Shown piece by piece: positions 50,651 through 64,000 of a stretch of DNA of 64,000 nt. The translations under genes were made by a program, and so were the position numbers. Origin of the DNA: Mobula hypostoma (Eukaryota); NCBI RefSeq assembly GCF_963921235.1, contig NC_086108.1, positions 39,930,001 to 39,994,000 of the forward strand, read 5' to 3'. The notes beneath the pieces are model-generated. The model did not search any database. It saw only the letters and a program-made list of their open reading frames with translations, and was not told where the DNA came from. The stretch's first letter is position 1. Every line of letters starts with the position of its first letter.

Positions 50651-52299
50651 CATTGCACCCACCAAGACACTTAGAGACTCTATACTGCTATCCACAAATT
50701 AGGCTTAAAGGAGTAGTGAATGGTTTGGGGAGAGACTTGCATTTCCAGTTTGGGTGTGTGCTGCAGGAAGCAGATGTATCCCGTCTTCTGTAAATATCTC
50801 CACCTGCACCTTATACAGACCAGTGGCTAGTGACAATTTGATGGCCCCTCCTTCTCCAGCACCTAGGCAAGCAAGCCACAGCTGTGGTGCAGAGTTTGAA
50901 TGGAATATATCATCGGCATGTCTCAAGGCCCAGAGGAAAGAGCATTTAAAGTGTGAAGGATTGCAGCTGGAGAGTCCTGCCAAGATGGGGGACCTATGGG
51001 TGCAGGGCTTGACAAGTATGAGAGGAATAGATTAACCCCCCTATGCAGATTATACCAAAATCACAGAGCCTTTCTCTGTGTTTAACTAACAATTACACTG
51101 GGTTCCATAGGGCAGGTAGATTATTTGGAGGTGAGGGGGGGGGATGGTCCCTATCTGCTGTTATTCATTTGCTTTCAGAACCGAAATACATTTCCACAGG
51201 GTTCACGCGATGAAGATTCAGCCGAGCCAGCTGGGTAACTCATTAACGTACTCTGTTTCTAAAATGGTGACAAGGGAAGTTGTATTTTTACTCATATTGT
51301 GTTGCGTGTTCTCCATCTGCTCAGTGTTAATGAAATGGTCCCATTGGTTAAAGTGACTTTCAACATTGTGACCTCTGACATTACAAGAATTTTTGGTGTT
51401 TACTGCAACTCTTCCCCAGGTAGTGCTCTATGGGCTTGTAACATTGAGTGCTTTACACAGCTCAGCGATTTCATCTGTTTCCACAGCACAGCTGAAAACC
51501 ATCTCCTTTTCATTTGGGCCCCATTTTTTCCCTCCTGTGTTAACCCCCCTTCCATCCGAGTTACTGATCTGCCATGTTGTGATAAGCGGTGGTAATTTGT
51601 GGTCTTCACTTGCTGATCCAGTAACTATTTTCTGCATTGAAGCCACAGGGATCAGACTGCAATAAGATGGACCACCCACCCACCTGCACCAACACTTCAA
51701 CGTTCCTTGGCTGATCCTTTGCCTTTGTGCCATTTTCCAATTTTCCGGCACTGGCCCATCTCCCTAGATCCAAAAAGTCTATCAGTCTCCGTTTTGAGTA
51801 TACTTCTGAGTGAAGAAAAAATTCCTGTTGAAAATCTAAAACCCAACGCTGTCAGAAATATGAAATAAAATGCTGGAAGTAACCAAAACATCAAACAGCA
51901 TCTTTGCAGAGGGATAAGAAATTACTTTTTGCACAAATTTCTTCTCATCTCAGTCTTGAATGGCTCATTGTTTTGTTCTGAGACGAGGCAATATAATCCC
52001 TGCAACTGCCTTGTCAAGACCTGTAAGAATTTTGTGCATTTCAATGATGACATCTTTTACTCTTCTAAATTCAAGAACATCAAGCTGATCTGCTTAATTG
52101 TTTGTATGACAAAGCAATGATTAAGAAATGGTCAAACAAGCTTATCTGTCCATCAGCATACAGTATTCCAGCAGTAGTCTCAAATGGGCCCCAAGTAAAT
52201 CAATTGTTACGTATGATGGTAGTCAAGATGAGTACCCTGTTCGTCTTCCAAGTTGCTTGCTTCACCTGCATATTAACCTTTATTGATTATTGATTTGTG

Positions 52300-52598
52300 T
52301 AGGATTAATATCTTATTATTGAAGATCATGTTCTCTGGGGGCTTTGCTATTGTTTGCATGGTGGGGGTGGGGGTTGATGCTTTTCCTGGAACAACTGGTG
52401 GGAGGGGAGGGGGGTGCGGGGCATTGGTGCTTTTGCTGCCGCTTGTGTGTGGGAGAGGGGAGCTGGGCTTTGGGTTTCTAAAGTTTTCTGTCATTCATTC
52501 CTCGGGATTTTCTTTGTTTCATGGACGTTTGCGATGAGTAAGGATTTCAGGTTGTATACTGTATGCATTTTCTGATATTAAATTGAACCATTGAACTA
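52300..52598 (+). mobile_element. Non-autonomous retroposon (SINE-like) 3' part
   Basis: G-rich body ending in atttcaggttgtatactgtatgcattttctgatattaaattgaaccattgaac; a second copy lies at 54022-54400. Confidence 0.6.
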
Positions 52599-53621
52599 TT
52601 GGAGAAATACTCTGCATTTGTATTCTTCTCTCTAGTGGATGAATGTGTCTTTTCACATTGTATCCCACTGGTTTTGTACTCACCCATGTCTGCACCTCTC
52701 TGAAGTCTCTGTGCATCAGCAAATGTGTGTACTGTATATTACATTGTGTCCCGCATCCAGATCATTGATAAAGATGTGACCCAATATCAATCCCTGCAGC
52801 ACCCTATGAGTCACAACTTCCCAACCTATTATCACTCTCATTCTTTCTCCAATATGCCATAGGCCATTTGAAGACTTCTAGCGGTCTAAGCATTCACATC
52901 AGCTGGTTTGCACTCATCCAAATCTCAAGAAACAGATTCCTCAAACATGATATCTCTTTCTTAAATTCATGTTGAGTCACTACAGTCCTGTAATTATTTT
53001 CACAGTACTTTTTTACCACTTTCTTTTCTCTCTCCCTTCTTTCTGAACTATGTGGCTGCACTTTTGTCTTCAGATCTGTGGGGAAACTATTCTAGAACCA
53101 AAAGAAATGTGAAAGCTTAAAGCCATTGCCTCTTGTATCTCTGTAGCCACCTGTCGCAAGTTGTCGGGTTCAGGCGATTGATTCTTCTTCAGTTCCCTCA
53201 ATCTCCCCAGAACTAAATTTACACAGATGTTGACTTCTTGGATCTCCTTACTGATTCAGGATTTCCAGTCCTCCATTATTTCCTGAAGGCCTTTTGTTTC
53301 ACTGTCCATAAAGACTGATAAAAAAGTATTTATTTAATTTTCTGCAGCTTCTTTCTTCTGTAATATTATTTCTCTTGCCTCAGTTAGTAAAAGACCATCA
53401 TGATTTTTAGTCAATACTTTCTTTTTATACTGAATATTTTGCAGACTATGTTGAAATTCCTTGATGGATTACCCTTTTGTTTCACTTTCCTTTTCTATAT
53501 CATTGTCTTGATTATCCTATGCTAAATTTCAAAATGTTTCCATTCCCTTGCAAACCACTTCTTTCGAAAACACTATGACTCTCGTTTAATCTGAGCCTAT
53601 CTCCAACCTTTTGGTCTGTCT

Positions 53622-53848
53622 ATTTACTTAGAGTTACAGCATTGTAACAGGCCCTTTTGGCCTGCGCCACCCAGCTCCACACGTGACTAATTAACTTACG
53701 AGCCCGTTCATCTTTGGAATGCGGAGCATCTGGAGGAAACCTACACGTTCATGAGCAGAATGTACAAACTCTGCACAGGCAGTGGTGCGAACTGAACCTG
53801 GGTCACTAGCACTGAAATAACATTACACTAACTGCTACACTACCACGC
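53622..53848 (-). mobile_element. V-SINE with a CR1-like tail
   Basis: ggagcatctggaggaaacctacacgttcatgagcagaatgtacaaactc V domain; ctgaacctggg B-box remnant; tail tacagcattgtaacaggcccttttggcc. Confidence 0.7.
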
Positions 53849-54021
53849 GGATGGGAGCGTACCACTTTTCATGTTCGGTTATTAGGTTCAGTACGTTATT
53901 TGCAAACTATTATTACGCTAATAAATGATAGATTTACTGGCTTACTGTCTTGCTTATCAGTGTTTTACCCAATCTACATATCCAGATCATGCCCCATGCC
54001 TTCATAGTTTGCCTTGTTCAG

Positions 54022-54400
54022 ATGTAAGATCGATGCTTCTGCTGCTGTTTCTGTGTGGGAGGGAGAGGGGGGCATTGCGGTTCTGAAGTTAATATCATTC
54101 AACCTTTGGGGTTTCTTGTTTCGTGACTGTCTCTGTAGAGCAGTGATGGCCAACCTTTTACATTCCATGCGTCGATTTTTTCACCCACGAGTTCAGATAC
54201 GATTTTTTTCATGTACGAGCTCTAAATTAACATATTTTTACAAGAATTGAACGGGGGTACAAGAGTTGTATGGTGCACCTGATCTCGTGAGTGAAAAAAT
54301 TGACGCGTGGAATGTAAAAGGTTGGCCACCCCTGCTGTAGGGTGTAAGAATTTCAGGCTGTGTACTGTAGACATTCTCTGATATTAAACTGAACCATTTG
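54022..54400 (+). mobile_element. Second copy of the SINE-like element, split by a hAT MITE
   Basis: Colinear with 52430-52595 once 54141-54342 is removed. Confidence 0.65.
54141..54334. mobile_element. hAT (Buster/Charlie-type) MITE, 194 bp
   Basis: About 56 bp TIRs (CAGTGATGGCCAACCTTTTACATTCC.. / CAGGGGTGGCCAACCTTTTACATTCC..). 8 bp TSD CTGTAGAG (54133-54140) / CTGTAGGG (54335-54342). Confidence 0.92.
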
Positions 54401-57400
54401 GTTTTGTATTCAATTAAATCTCGTTCACTCTGTGACAACAGTCTATGCCACTAGGATCACTTTTCCCTTTGTGCTCCTTACCTGCTAAATCATCAGTGAA
54501 TTCCTCATTACACAATGTAAGATCTAAAACTAGCCATTCCTTGTTGTTTGACAACCACCTCATATATTCTGTGAATTCATCGACACTACTTCTGATAATT
54601 TTGTTTATTCTGTCTGTATGTAGATTAAAATCCCCAATGAATATTCTATCCTACTTGCAACATGCATCTCTAATTTCCTGATTTATACTATGCCCTGCTT
54701 TACCACGATAGAATGGGAGCCCATATATAATTCCCACTCATGTTTACGATCTCTTAGCAATGCACTGGCTGATTCTACTTGCCTGATTTTTCTCAATTAG
54801 GACCTTTCCTCTCTAATCCTTTTAGACTATTATACTGTCCAAAATACCATGTCTGGCATTGAGTTCAGAACTGTAACAGGCCTGAATATGAAAAGCACTA
54901 GAATATCTCTTTAAGTTCTGGCTTTTCATTTGCAGTGGAACTAGCTCAGATGTGCATTTTGTTTGGCATAGATGACGAGTTCATGAAAAGTCTGTCAGCA
55001 GATGTTAACATGAGGATGCTGGGAGCTTTTAACACAACATCTCTGATGTATTTTAACCTGCCCTGGAATTTTCTTAAGTCTCTAAAAATACTGTGAAAGA
55101 GGAGTATTCTGTTAGGAATCCCATTGTGGCTTCAATACAGCTGTGGAGATGAAGGCAGAAAAAGAGTGATTGGAACAAAAAGTTCAAACCAGGCAAACAA
55201 TAGAGAAATAGTCTGAACTTGATCATTGAATCTCCTTTTGGGGCCCTTGGAATGTATTTCTGATTGCAACATGTGCACCAGCGTTTTGAACTGCCCATTA
55301 TCTGAAAGTATGAAAACCACTCTGTAAATTCTGCCTTGTCAGGAAACAGCATAAATAATACAGTAAGCTCATAGCACAATCATTCCAGTGTAATGAAGCT
55401 GCTGTCTGAGTCAGGAGATGGCTTTCTGATTGAGCATTCACACTTCCCGCAGACAAGTACAATGTGCAGCCTGTGCAGGAATCGGGGCTTGCTGATTTCA
55501 GCCTTTTCCGTTTCATCCGGGCTGCCAAGACTCAGAGAGTGATGGAGGTGAAACTGGATTTTCTCACTCAAGGGCATTGAAATATGTGGCTCTGCACCCT
55601 GTACAAATTGATGCATTAAAGGGAAGAAGGAGGGAAAATTGACTCTCGAATTGGACAAGCACTGAGGTGAATATCAGAAGCCTCTCCGCTGTTCCGGACT
55701 GTCCTTTAATCTTTGGAATCCTTGGGACAACAGCAGACTTTTGACAATGTAGTGCAATGCGTAATTCAGCCCCAGATTATGCTTTTGCAACCATCAATGT
55801 TAATAGTTGTGCGGAGCTAACTGAAGAAACAGTGACACTGCCAGGATATTAACTATTTTGAGGGAATAAATCAGAGCTCGTGTTTTGTCAACAACGGTTT
55901 GATTTTTGCCTTCAATTAAAATTTGCATCTGCTGACTCTGAAACATTTTTGGGAGGGAATGTTTAGAAGTGGAAATTTCTCATGGAAGCTTTCGCATGCA
56001 GGTTGTGCCAAGCTGCTTCCTTACCCATTACCAACCTTGATCGTACTGAACCGACACCACAAGTATAGCATCGGTTTAGCAGCATGACACATTGTTGGCT
56101 TCTCATGTTCCTCGCTCACAATGTGTGTGTGCATTGTGCTCCCTTCTTTAAGAACCCCTTGTGAGCACTTGATGTTCTGCTATAACTGTTTCTCTACTAA
56201 CGTAGTAAGGCAGAAGTGTTCTCTGCAGCTTAAGGGATCAGTGCTGTCCATGATTGATCAGTTGTGCGAATGTTTACATCCTCCAGCAGAGTATAAGGAG
56301 CCCTCGGTACACTTCAGGCATGATTTGGTTCAGCAAGCAGTGACCAAGTTACAAGCAGCAGCACTGCGTGGGTCACTGCCTTGACCTGTTCACTAACGCT
56401 GCAGCCGAAACTCAGCAGCAGATGCAAGTATTGTTCTGAGCATTGCAGCCTGAGATTCTCCCTTTTCAAATTCATCTTTTCTTTCCCTTTCAACGCAGAA
56501 CTCTAATTAATTGTTAATCAAGCACAAACTATATTCTGCACTATGTTGATGGCAGTTATTTTTATGGGAGGTCATTCTGATAACTGGGCAACAGTGAATA
56601 TTATATCGTGTTGTTCACAGTTAAAAACAATACCCAGTCCACAGGCATTTTGCCAGTCCATTATTCTGTAGTAACATCTAGGCAGCATAAACCACTTGCT
56701 GTTAATACTGTCACTAAAGGGTCATTTTATAGCAGAGAGCAGCTTTTGCTAACGTATTTAGAACATGGAGAGAAATTATGGTCAAACATCCCTCTGCTGA
56801 GCATCAGTATCATGTGTTGGTTGGTGTTTGGACCATTTTCTCAGTAAATTGATATTGCACTCATCCTTGCATTAGTAATATGAGGACAAATGCAGTATAG
56901 CTTTGCTTTTATTTTATCTGCCGACAGCTATCCATTTCTCTTCCCCTTTCCGTCAATCGGCTGCCTTCTCTACCATATCTTTCATCAAGTGGGAGTCTGA
57001 GTGAATAGTCTGTGAACTCCCATGTGAGAAATAACACTCTGTGCTGTTCGGCTGACAAGAAATGCACTTCCTGTAGGGCAACAGGGTCAAAGCCAGCTTT
57101 CCTCTGAAGTGAAGTATTTTGTCCCACAACATGCCCTATCAAGCCGACTGGCTCAATCTTATTGGATTTATTTGCTCTATTTGTCATTTCAGAAAATATG
57201 GAGGACCATTTCAGTTTTTTTAGCACCAACTCTCTGTCACTGGGTTTTAATGCGACAATATTCATCAAATGAATTACTGAACAAGCTGTCAGAAATGCTA
57301 GAGTCCAACTTAATTTCATAATCGGTCAGAATTAGATGGTCAGGTGCTTTGTCCAAGATATTGCCCAGTAATGACCAGCAACATGACCGACAGGTCTCTA

Positions 57401-58819
57401 TAACTCTCATGTGAGGGGATGATCATGAAATTTCAAAAAATATTACCTTTAGAGGTGTTGCTGTTACTCATTCATAGATAACAAACTTGATGACCCCTTT
57501 ATCTCAAATTCACAGCAGCTGAGCCTTCCCCAAGGGTGCCATGTATCCACATGGCTTCTCCCATGTTCCTGTACAGTTTCTATGTTGCAGGCTTGAAGCC
57601 TTTGGTTTATCAGCAATTTTGTGTCTTGCAGATCTAGCCAGCAATTAATTTAGTCCTTAATACAGATACCCTCTGTTTGACCAACAAAACTGCTGTTTGC
57701 GCTCATTGTAGTGAGTGGCTAGGTTAACAACACCATTAAGCTTAAAAGATCACTTGTATTGATAAATCAGCACTGTTCACTGCAGCCCACACTCAAAAGA
57801 ATAACTAAAGTCTCAAGCTCATTAGCGTTAACTGAGGGAACAAAATAAATCTGCAGTCTACAGAATGGTTAAAGAGAGACTAGCCGAGAAAATTTAACCA
57901 ATTTTATTACTCAACGCATCTTATTTTTCCCCCCAAAAATTCATTCAAATCAGCTGTTTTTCATCGGGCATGAGATAAAAGCTTATTACCTATTGCTCTA
58001 TTGGGTAAATTGAAAACCATCTGATAGATAGTGCCAAGAAAAATAAACCAAATGAGAATCATTGCCAACAGGAATGAAAAGTGTCTTTACCCTTTTCCCT
58101 CAGCTTTTTTTTCCAGTTTTGCTGAGTTTTCAATTATCCTGTTTTCATAGTTTTCAACTGCCTCAGCTCTTCTTGTCTGTCACTGCACAACAGTTCCAAT
58201 GACCTTTCAGTCACACTTTACTTGCAGCACAGCACATTTGCATAGTAATGATCCCCTCCTTTATATAACTGCAGAACAAGGCAGAAGCAATTATTTCAGC
58301 TGCGCCCTCCTTTAAACATATGACAGACTTTGCTTTTTCACTGTGTTTATGTTTAGAAATTTTCCAGAAAATATTAATTTTAGAGCATTGTCATAAAATT
58401 CTGGACTAACAAGCAATTACAGTGAAAGTTGAATACATTTATGTAACATTAATGGTGCATCAGACTCCTATGTACTACATAAATTGTGCAAACTCCTCTT
58501 AAAAGCCCTGCCAACAATTATCCAGTGCATTGCAGAAATTCTACCTTCTTGCTTCTGATGGCAAGCCTCCAAGAAACGGAGTTCACGTTTAAGGTCAAGG
58601 TGCGAGATGGCAGAGAAATTTCATAAAATAGAATTCCATTGAGTGGTAAAGCTAGCGCTTTGTTTTGGTGGGCAGGATCAATAGTTCTGATTTTTACTTG
58701 TTAAACAGACAGACTAATAATTCAAATCTGAATGATGATTTGAAAGGAGTCATGAATGTAGCCCCAATTTAGCCTGATTTAGTTTCAGGTGGCTTTGAAG
58801 CAGATTGTTACAGAGACAT

Positions 58820-59120
58820 TGCGAGGTACAGCATGGAAACCAGCCCCTTGATCTACCAAGGTCCACGCCAACTACCAGCCATTCGTTATTAATTCTGTTT
58901 TATTCTCCTTATTCTCATTGACTCTTGCCAGATTCTATCAAGCCCCTACACAATGGGGGCAATATAAGGACGTCTATCACCCTACCAATCTGCAGGTCTT
59001 GTGTGAGGAAACTGGAAGGAAAGCTCCAGGTTTCAGTGAGAGTGGACAAATTCCACACAGACCTAGATACGCAGGCATAAACCTGGGTCTCTGTCTTCAT
59101 CAGGTAGAACTCCACTAATG
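58820..59120 (-). mobile_element. Degraded V-SINE with a CR1-like tail
   Basis: tacagcatggaaaccagcccctt tail; gtgtgaggaaactggaaggaaagc...gagagtggacaaattccacacagac V domain. Confidence 0.55.
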
Positions 59121-59339
59121 GTTTGAGGAGAGCTGCAGGGTGCAAATTCATGCCTTCAGTTAGCTGCAGCACTGCAACTGCAATTTTCCATATAACGAGA
59201 GGAGAGTTCCCACACCCACCCTGCACCCACCTTCCTCAGGCTCTGAACAGACTGGGCTGGACAGTCTGAAAGGTTTTGTTGCAAACTGCCTCATGGAGTA
59301 GCCCAGGTAGTTAAAACCCTTTCAGTTCGTGGTTGCATC

Positions 59340-60721
59340 TGTTACGTGTTGTCACTCCAGAAACTAATTTAAAGAAAAACACAGGATATGGGATGGTGTT
59401 TATTTATTCCTTTTACTTAGCGAGGTGCTCACATGGCATGAAGACATATGCCATTCATGTATTTCTTACCTATAACCCATAATGAAATATGTAAACAACA
59501 AAGAATGCTTAATCAAACAATATTACTGAAATATTAAATACACTGTACTCCTCTGTGCTTAGGGAAAAACTCATACTCAGTATAGAATGCATCTCAACTT
59601 AAGGATGTAACATATTTCTCTCTAGTCATCTTATATACTGTAGTACAGTTACTATATAATACAACTATGTAGTATATATACAGCCACAGCATAGTAAATT
59701 TTAAATTGTTCCATTCAGGCCTAAAGATTTAATAGCTGTGGAAGATTTCTTACTCTTGTGGGATAATGTCTTTCCTGACGGGGGGTGGGGGGTGGGGGGC
59801 AGTCACTCTGCTTGGTAGGAGAGACTTGTGGTTGTGAAACAATCTCAGGTTCCGGGATCTCCTCCGTGGTGGTTGTAGGAGTTGACCCTGGGACTGCAGG
59901 AAATGGTTCTTATAACTCTGGGCACCTTTCCTCTCCTCAGCTGATCCAAGTGTTATATCCAGATGACATCAGATGCAATTTCTACTATGTAGGAGAGTGG
60001 TCCAGTTCTATCCTTAATCTTTCCAACTATCCACATTTAGTCATCTCCGTAGTGCCTCACCAGGACTGCTTGTCCAGGAGTGAAAGATTGAGACTTCAGT
60101 TTGTCTCAGTTGTTTGTCCTGCATACTGCTTCTGTGATTGGGTTTGAGGAGGTCCAAGTGTGAATGCAGGGGACAAGCAAGGAACAGCATATCTGGCAAA
60201 TTCTTGGTTGTGGTGTGTGCCACATTGCAATATGCAAAGAGAAAATTGGCAAGCTTCTGATTTAATGTCAGTGTAGTGTGTTCTGCTGACATTGATTGCA
60301 GTGTGTTCTTTGGACTCTGGGCAAACCTATCTGCTGGATAGGACAGTGTAGATGTAATATACATTATTCCATCCATTCATTTTCAGGAACAACTGAAAAT
60401 GTTCCATATCAAATGGTGGTCCATTGTCACTGATTACGTCTTCTGGAATACTAGTCCTTGAGAAGAGACTTCTGAACACATTTGCAGTAAGTGAAGCCAT
60501 AGTGGAGGCTATTAGGAATACTGCTACCACTTTGTAGCTGCATCCACTACTACCAAGAAAATCCGCAAGAATTCTATGCCAGGGCAATGCAGGTTATTCC
60601 CAGAGATGGAGAGGTGCTGCTCTTCGCATCTTCTGGATGTGTTTGCATCCTGAGCAGTGCATGGCAAACTGCTCAATATGCTGATTTATCCCCAGCCACC
60701 AGACAAAGCTTTGAGCCAATG
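59340..60721 (-). mobile_element. Gypsy LTR retrotransposon remnant: integrase region, PPT and 3' LTR (59340-59547)
   Basis: PWHRILADF, PEDVISDNGPPF and FLFAYCNVAHTTT integrase motifs. On the minus strand a purine tract AGAGGAG precedes an LTR containing AATAAA and ending ACGTAACA. Confidence 0.85.
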
Positions 60722-62675
60722 TTAAGGATTGCATAAAAGCCAAGGAGAGGGCATATAAGGTAGCAAAAGTAAGTGGGAAGTTAGCTGATTTGGGAAGCTT
60801 TTAAAATCCATCAAAAGGCAACTAAAAAAGCTATAAGGATGGAAAGGATGAAATATGAGGGCATACTAGCTAACAATATAAAGCAGGCTACCAGAAGTTT
60901 TATCCGTTAAATAAAGAATGACAGGGAGGTGAGAGTTGATATTGGACCACCAGAAAATGATGCTCTGAGGTAGTAATGTGAGGACAAAGAAATGGCAGAT
61001 GAACTTAATGGATATTTTGCATCTGTCTTCACTGTGGAAGACGCTACCAGTGTGCCAGAGGTCCGTGAGTGTCAGGGAGCAGGAGTGAGTGCCACTGCTA
61101 TTCCAAAGGAAAAAGTGCTAGGCAAACTCAAAGTTGTCAAAGTTGATAAGTCACCTGGACCAGATAGACTACCTCCCAGAATTCTGAGAGAGGTTGCTGA
61201 AGAGATAACGAATGCATTGGTCATGATCTTTCAAGAATAACTTGATTGTAGCATGGTCCCAGAGGACTGAGAGATGGTATGCGTCACTCCACTCCTTAAG
61301 AAGAGAAGAAGGCAAAACCGTGGGCCAGTTAGCCTAACCTCAATGGTTGGGAAAGTGTTGGAGTTCATTATTAAGGATGAGGTTTCGGGGTATTTGGAGT
61401 CTAATGATAAAATAAGTCAAAATCAGCATGGTAAAGAGAAATTTTGCCTGACAAAGGTGTTAGAGTCCTTTGAGGAAGTAACAAGTGGGGTGGACAAAGA
61501 GAAGGCAGTAGATATCATTTACTTGGATTTTCAGAAGGCATTTGATAAAGTGCCATGCAAGAGGCTGCTTAACAAGATAAAATCCTATGGCGTTACAGGA
61601 AAGATACTGGCATAGATAGCGGAATGGCTGACAAGCAGGAGGCACGAGTGGAAATAAAAGGGGTCTTTTCTGGTTGGTTACCAGTGACTAGTGGTGTTCC
61701 TCCGGGGTCAGTATTAGGACCACTACTTTTCACATTATTTGTCAATGATTTGGATAATGGAATTGATGGCTTTGTGGCAAAGTTTGTGGATGATACAAAG
61801 ATAGATAGAGGGGTAGGTAGCGCTGAGGAAGCAATGCGATTGCAGCAGGACTTAGACAAATTGGAAGAATGGGCAAAAGAGTAGCAGCTGGAATACAGTG
61901 TTGAGAAATGTATGAAAATGCATTTTGGTAAAAGGAACAATAGTGTGAACTAGTGTGGAGAAGGTGAAAACCTCAGAAGGACTTAGGAGTCCTTGTGCTA
62001 GACTCCAAGGTGGTTAATTTACAGGCAGCGTTTGTGGTAAAGAAGGCAAATGCAATGTTGGCATTTATTTCAAGGGGAACAGAATATAAAAGCAAAGAGA
62101 TAATGCTGAGGCTTCATAAGACACTAGTCATACTGCACTCAGCATATTAACAGTTTTGGGCCCCATATCTCAGAAAGGATGTATTGTCATTTGAGAAAGT
62201 CTAGAGTAGGTTCACAAGGATGATTCTGGGAATAAAAGGGTTAGCATACCCGGAGGGTTTCGTAGCTTTGGGCCTGTACTCACTGTAATCTAGAAGAATG
62301 TAAGGGGATCTTATTGAAACCTACCGAATGGTGGATGTGGAGAGGATGTTTCCTATGATGGGGGCGTCCAGAACTAAAGGGCACAGCCTCATAAATGAGG
62401 GCAACTCTTTAGAACAGAGGTAAGGAGGAATTTTTTTTAGCCAGAGAGTAGTGAATCTGTGGAATGCTCTGCCACAGACTGCGGCGGAGGCCAAGTCCGT
62501 GGGCATATTTAAGGTGAAAGTTGATTGTTTCCTGATCGGTCAGGGGATCAAAGGATACGGCGAGAAGGCAGGTGTATCGGTTTGAGTATCCGGGATCAGC
62601 CATAATGGAATGATGGAGCAGACTCGATGGGCTGAATGGCCTAATTCTGCTCCTAATATTCTTATGGTCTTATGG
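60722..62675 (+). mobile_element. CR1 LINE, 5'-truncated, about 1.95 kb
   Basis: YFASVFTVED, KSPGPD, YLDFQKAFDKVP, TSGVPPGSVLGPLLF and KFVDDTK; (TCTTATGG)2 tail. Confidence 0.93.
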
Positions 62676-62779
62676 ACAATTCTCCATGATGACATTACTG
62701 CATAAGGGGGCAGAGGGTTATTGGTGAGATATTGAGGAAGAAATATTTTCCTGTTCATTGCACAATAGAAAAAAGCATT

Positions 62780-64000
62780 TTGAATCAGAATTGGGTTTAC
62801 TATCACTGACATATGTCATGGTATTTTTTTTTGTGGCAGCAGTGCAGAGCAATACATAAAAATATTACTATAAGTTACAATATATAAAAAATAAAGAGGT
62901 AGTATAAAAAGAGAACAAAATGTGAGGTAGTGTTCATGGGTTTATGGTCTATTCAGAAACATGATGGCAGACGGGAAGAAGCTGTTCCTAAAATGGTGAG
63001 TACATGCCTTCAAGCTCCTTACCTCCTCCCTGATGGTAATAATGAAAAGAGGGCATGTCCTGGCTGCTGAGGATCTTTAATGACTTAATGATGTACCTGA
63101 AGTAAATCTCACCTGAATACAAAGTCAAAGTCATAGCTGAGGTCTGCGCAGTTGCATCACAGACACATAAAATCAAATGAGCAACATTCACAATAAAAAC
63201 ATAAAGAAAACTTAAATTAGACACGTCTTGTTCAAGAAAAACGTGACTAGAAGAAGTAAATGAAGTTCAATTTAGTACAAAGTGGTGAAAGTGTTCATAT
63301 TGTTGCTGAACTGCAGGGATTAGAGTTCACCGGTTTGTTCAAGAACCAAATGGTTGAACGGAAATAACTGTTCTTGAACCAAGTGGTGTGGGACTTCAGG
63401 CTTCTGTACCTGCTGCGTGCCTGTAGTTGTGGAAAGATGGCATGACCTGGGTGGTAGGGATCTTTGGTGATGGATGTTGCCGCCATGAGGCAGTGGCTCC
63501 TGTAGAATCAGAATCAGGTTTATTATCACTAACATAGGACGTGAAGTTTGTTGTTTGGTGGCAACAATGCAGTGCAAAGACATAAGAATCTGTAAGTTGA
63601 AAAAATAAATAAATAGTGAATAAAAAAAGATTGATGCAGTACTGTTCCTGGACCATTCAGAAACCTAATGGCAGAGAGGAAGAATCTGTTCCTGAATAAC
63701 TGAGTTTGGGTCTTTGAGCTCTTGTCTCTCCTCACTGATGGTAGCAATGAGATGAGGGTATGTCCTGGACAGCAAGGGTCCTTCCTGATGGATGCCGCTG
63801 ACCTTTGAAAATATCCTCAGTCGTGGAGAGTGTTGTGCCTGCGATGGAGCAGACTGAGTCCATAATCCTGTACGTTGGAGGCTCCATACGAGGTGTGATG
63901 AAATCTGTCGGAACACTCTTCACCGTACACCTGAAGAAATTAGCTAGAGTCTTTGGTGATATACCGAATCTCTTCAAATTCCTAATGAAGTACAGTCATG
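62780..64000 (-). mobile_element. Three consecutive Rex1/Babar 3' fragments (about 62780-63110, 63120-63500 and 63504-64000)
   Basis: Tails gaatcagaatt and agaatcagaatcagg. Peptides ITKDPYHPGHAIF..RYRSLKSHTTWFKNSYF and MKRFGISPKTLANFFRCTVKS. Confidence 0.85.

Larger units (their letters stand above)
51925..54880 (-). mobile_element. Old CR1 LINE interrupted by at least three younger inserts
   Basis: CR1 3' part at 51925-52100. HLNKANYEGMGHDL on the minus strand near 53980-54020 resumes after 54400. Confidence 0.55.

Noticed and set aside
51840..51856. CAACGCTGTC, a partial match to miR-181a
   Set aside because: Only 10 nt match, the seed is absent and there is no hairpin.
55132..55320. Possible ATP6V1G3 terminal exon (expected downstream neighbour)
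   Set aside because: Only a faint EIH resemblance; no matching stop position or V-ATPase G subunit pattern.

Overview
This is eukaryotic, AT-rich vertebrate genomic DNA. The repeat families suggest a cartilaginous fish, probably a ray (inferred from recalled repeat consensus patterns, not a database search). The only host gene I can support is the 3' end of NEK7 on the + strand: two coding exons (10656-10769 and 14711-14821) and a probable long 3' UTR to about 19.5 kb. The rest is intronic or intergenic DNA with many transposon remnants: CR1, L2, Rex1/Babar and RTE LINEs, a Penelope-like element, V-, Deu- and LF-type SINEs, hAT and Tc1/mariner DNA elements, and a Gypsy LTR fragment. Several are nested. 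The most notable structure is a three-level nest at 27.8-31.3 kb. Its innermost element is an 852 bp Penelope-like fold-back with a 14 bp target duplication and two inverted minimal hammerhead-ribozyme motifs, one with an intact core. Other points of interest are a CTCF site with upstream motif, an RFX X-box island in the last NEK7 intron, a perfect 24 bp palindrome made of p53-type half-sites, and repeat-poor islands that may be enhancers. I see no prokaryotic features or CRISPR and cannot claim a wholly new system. Most ORFs in the supplied track are spurious or transposon fragments. Boundaries of old repeats are approximate.
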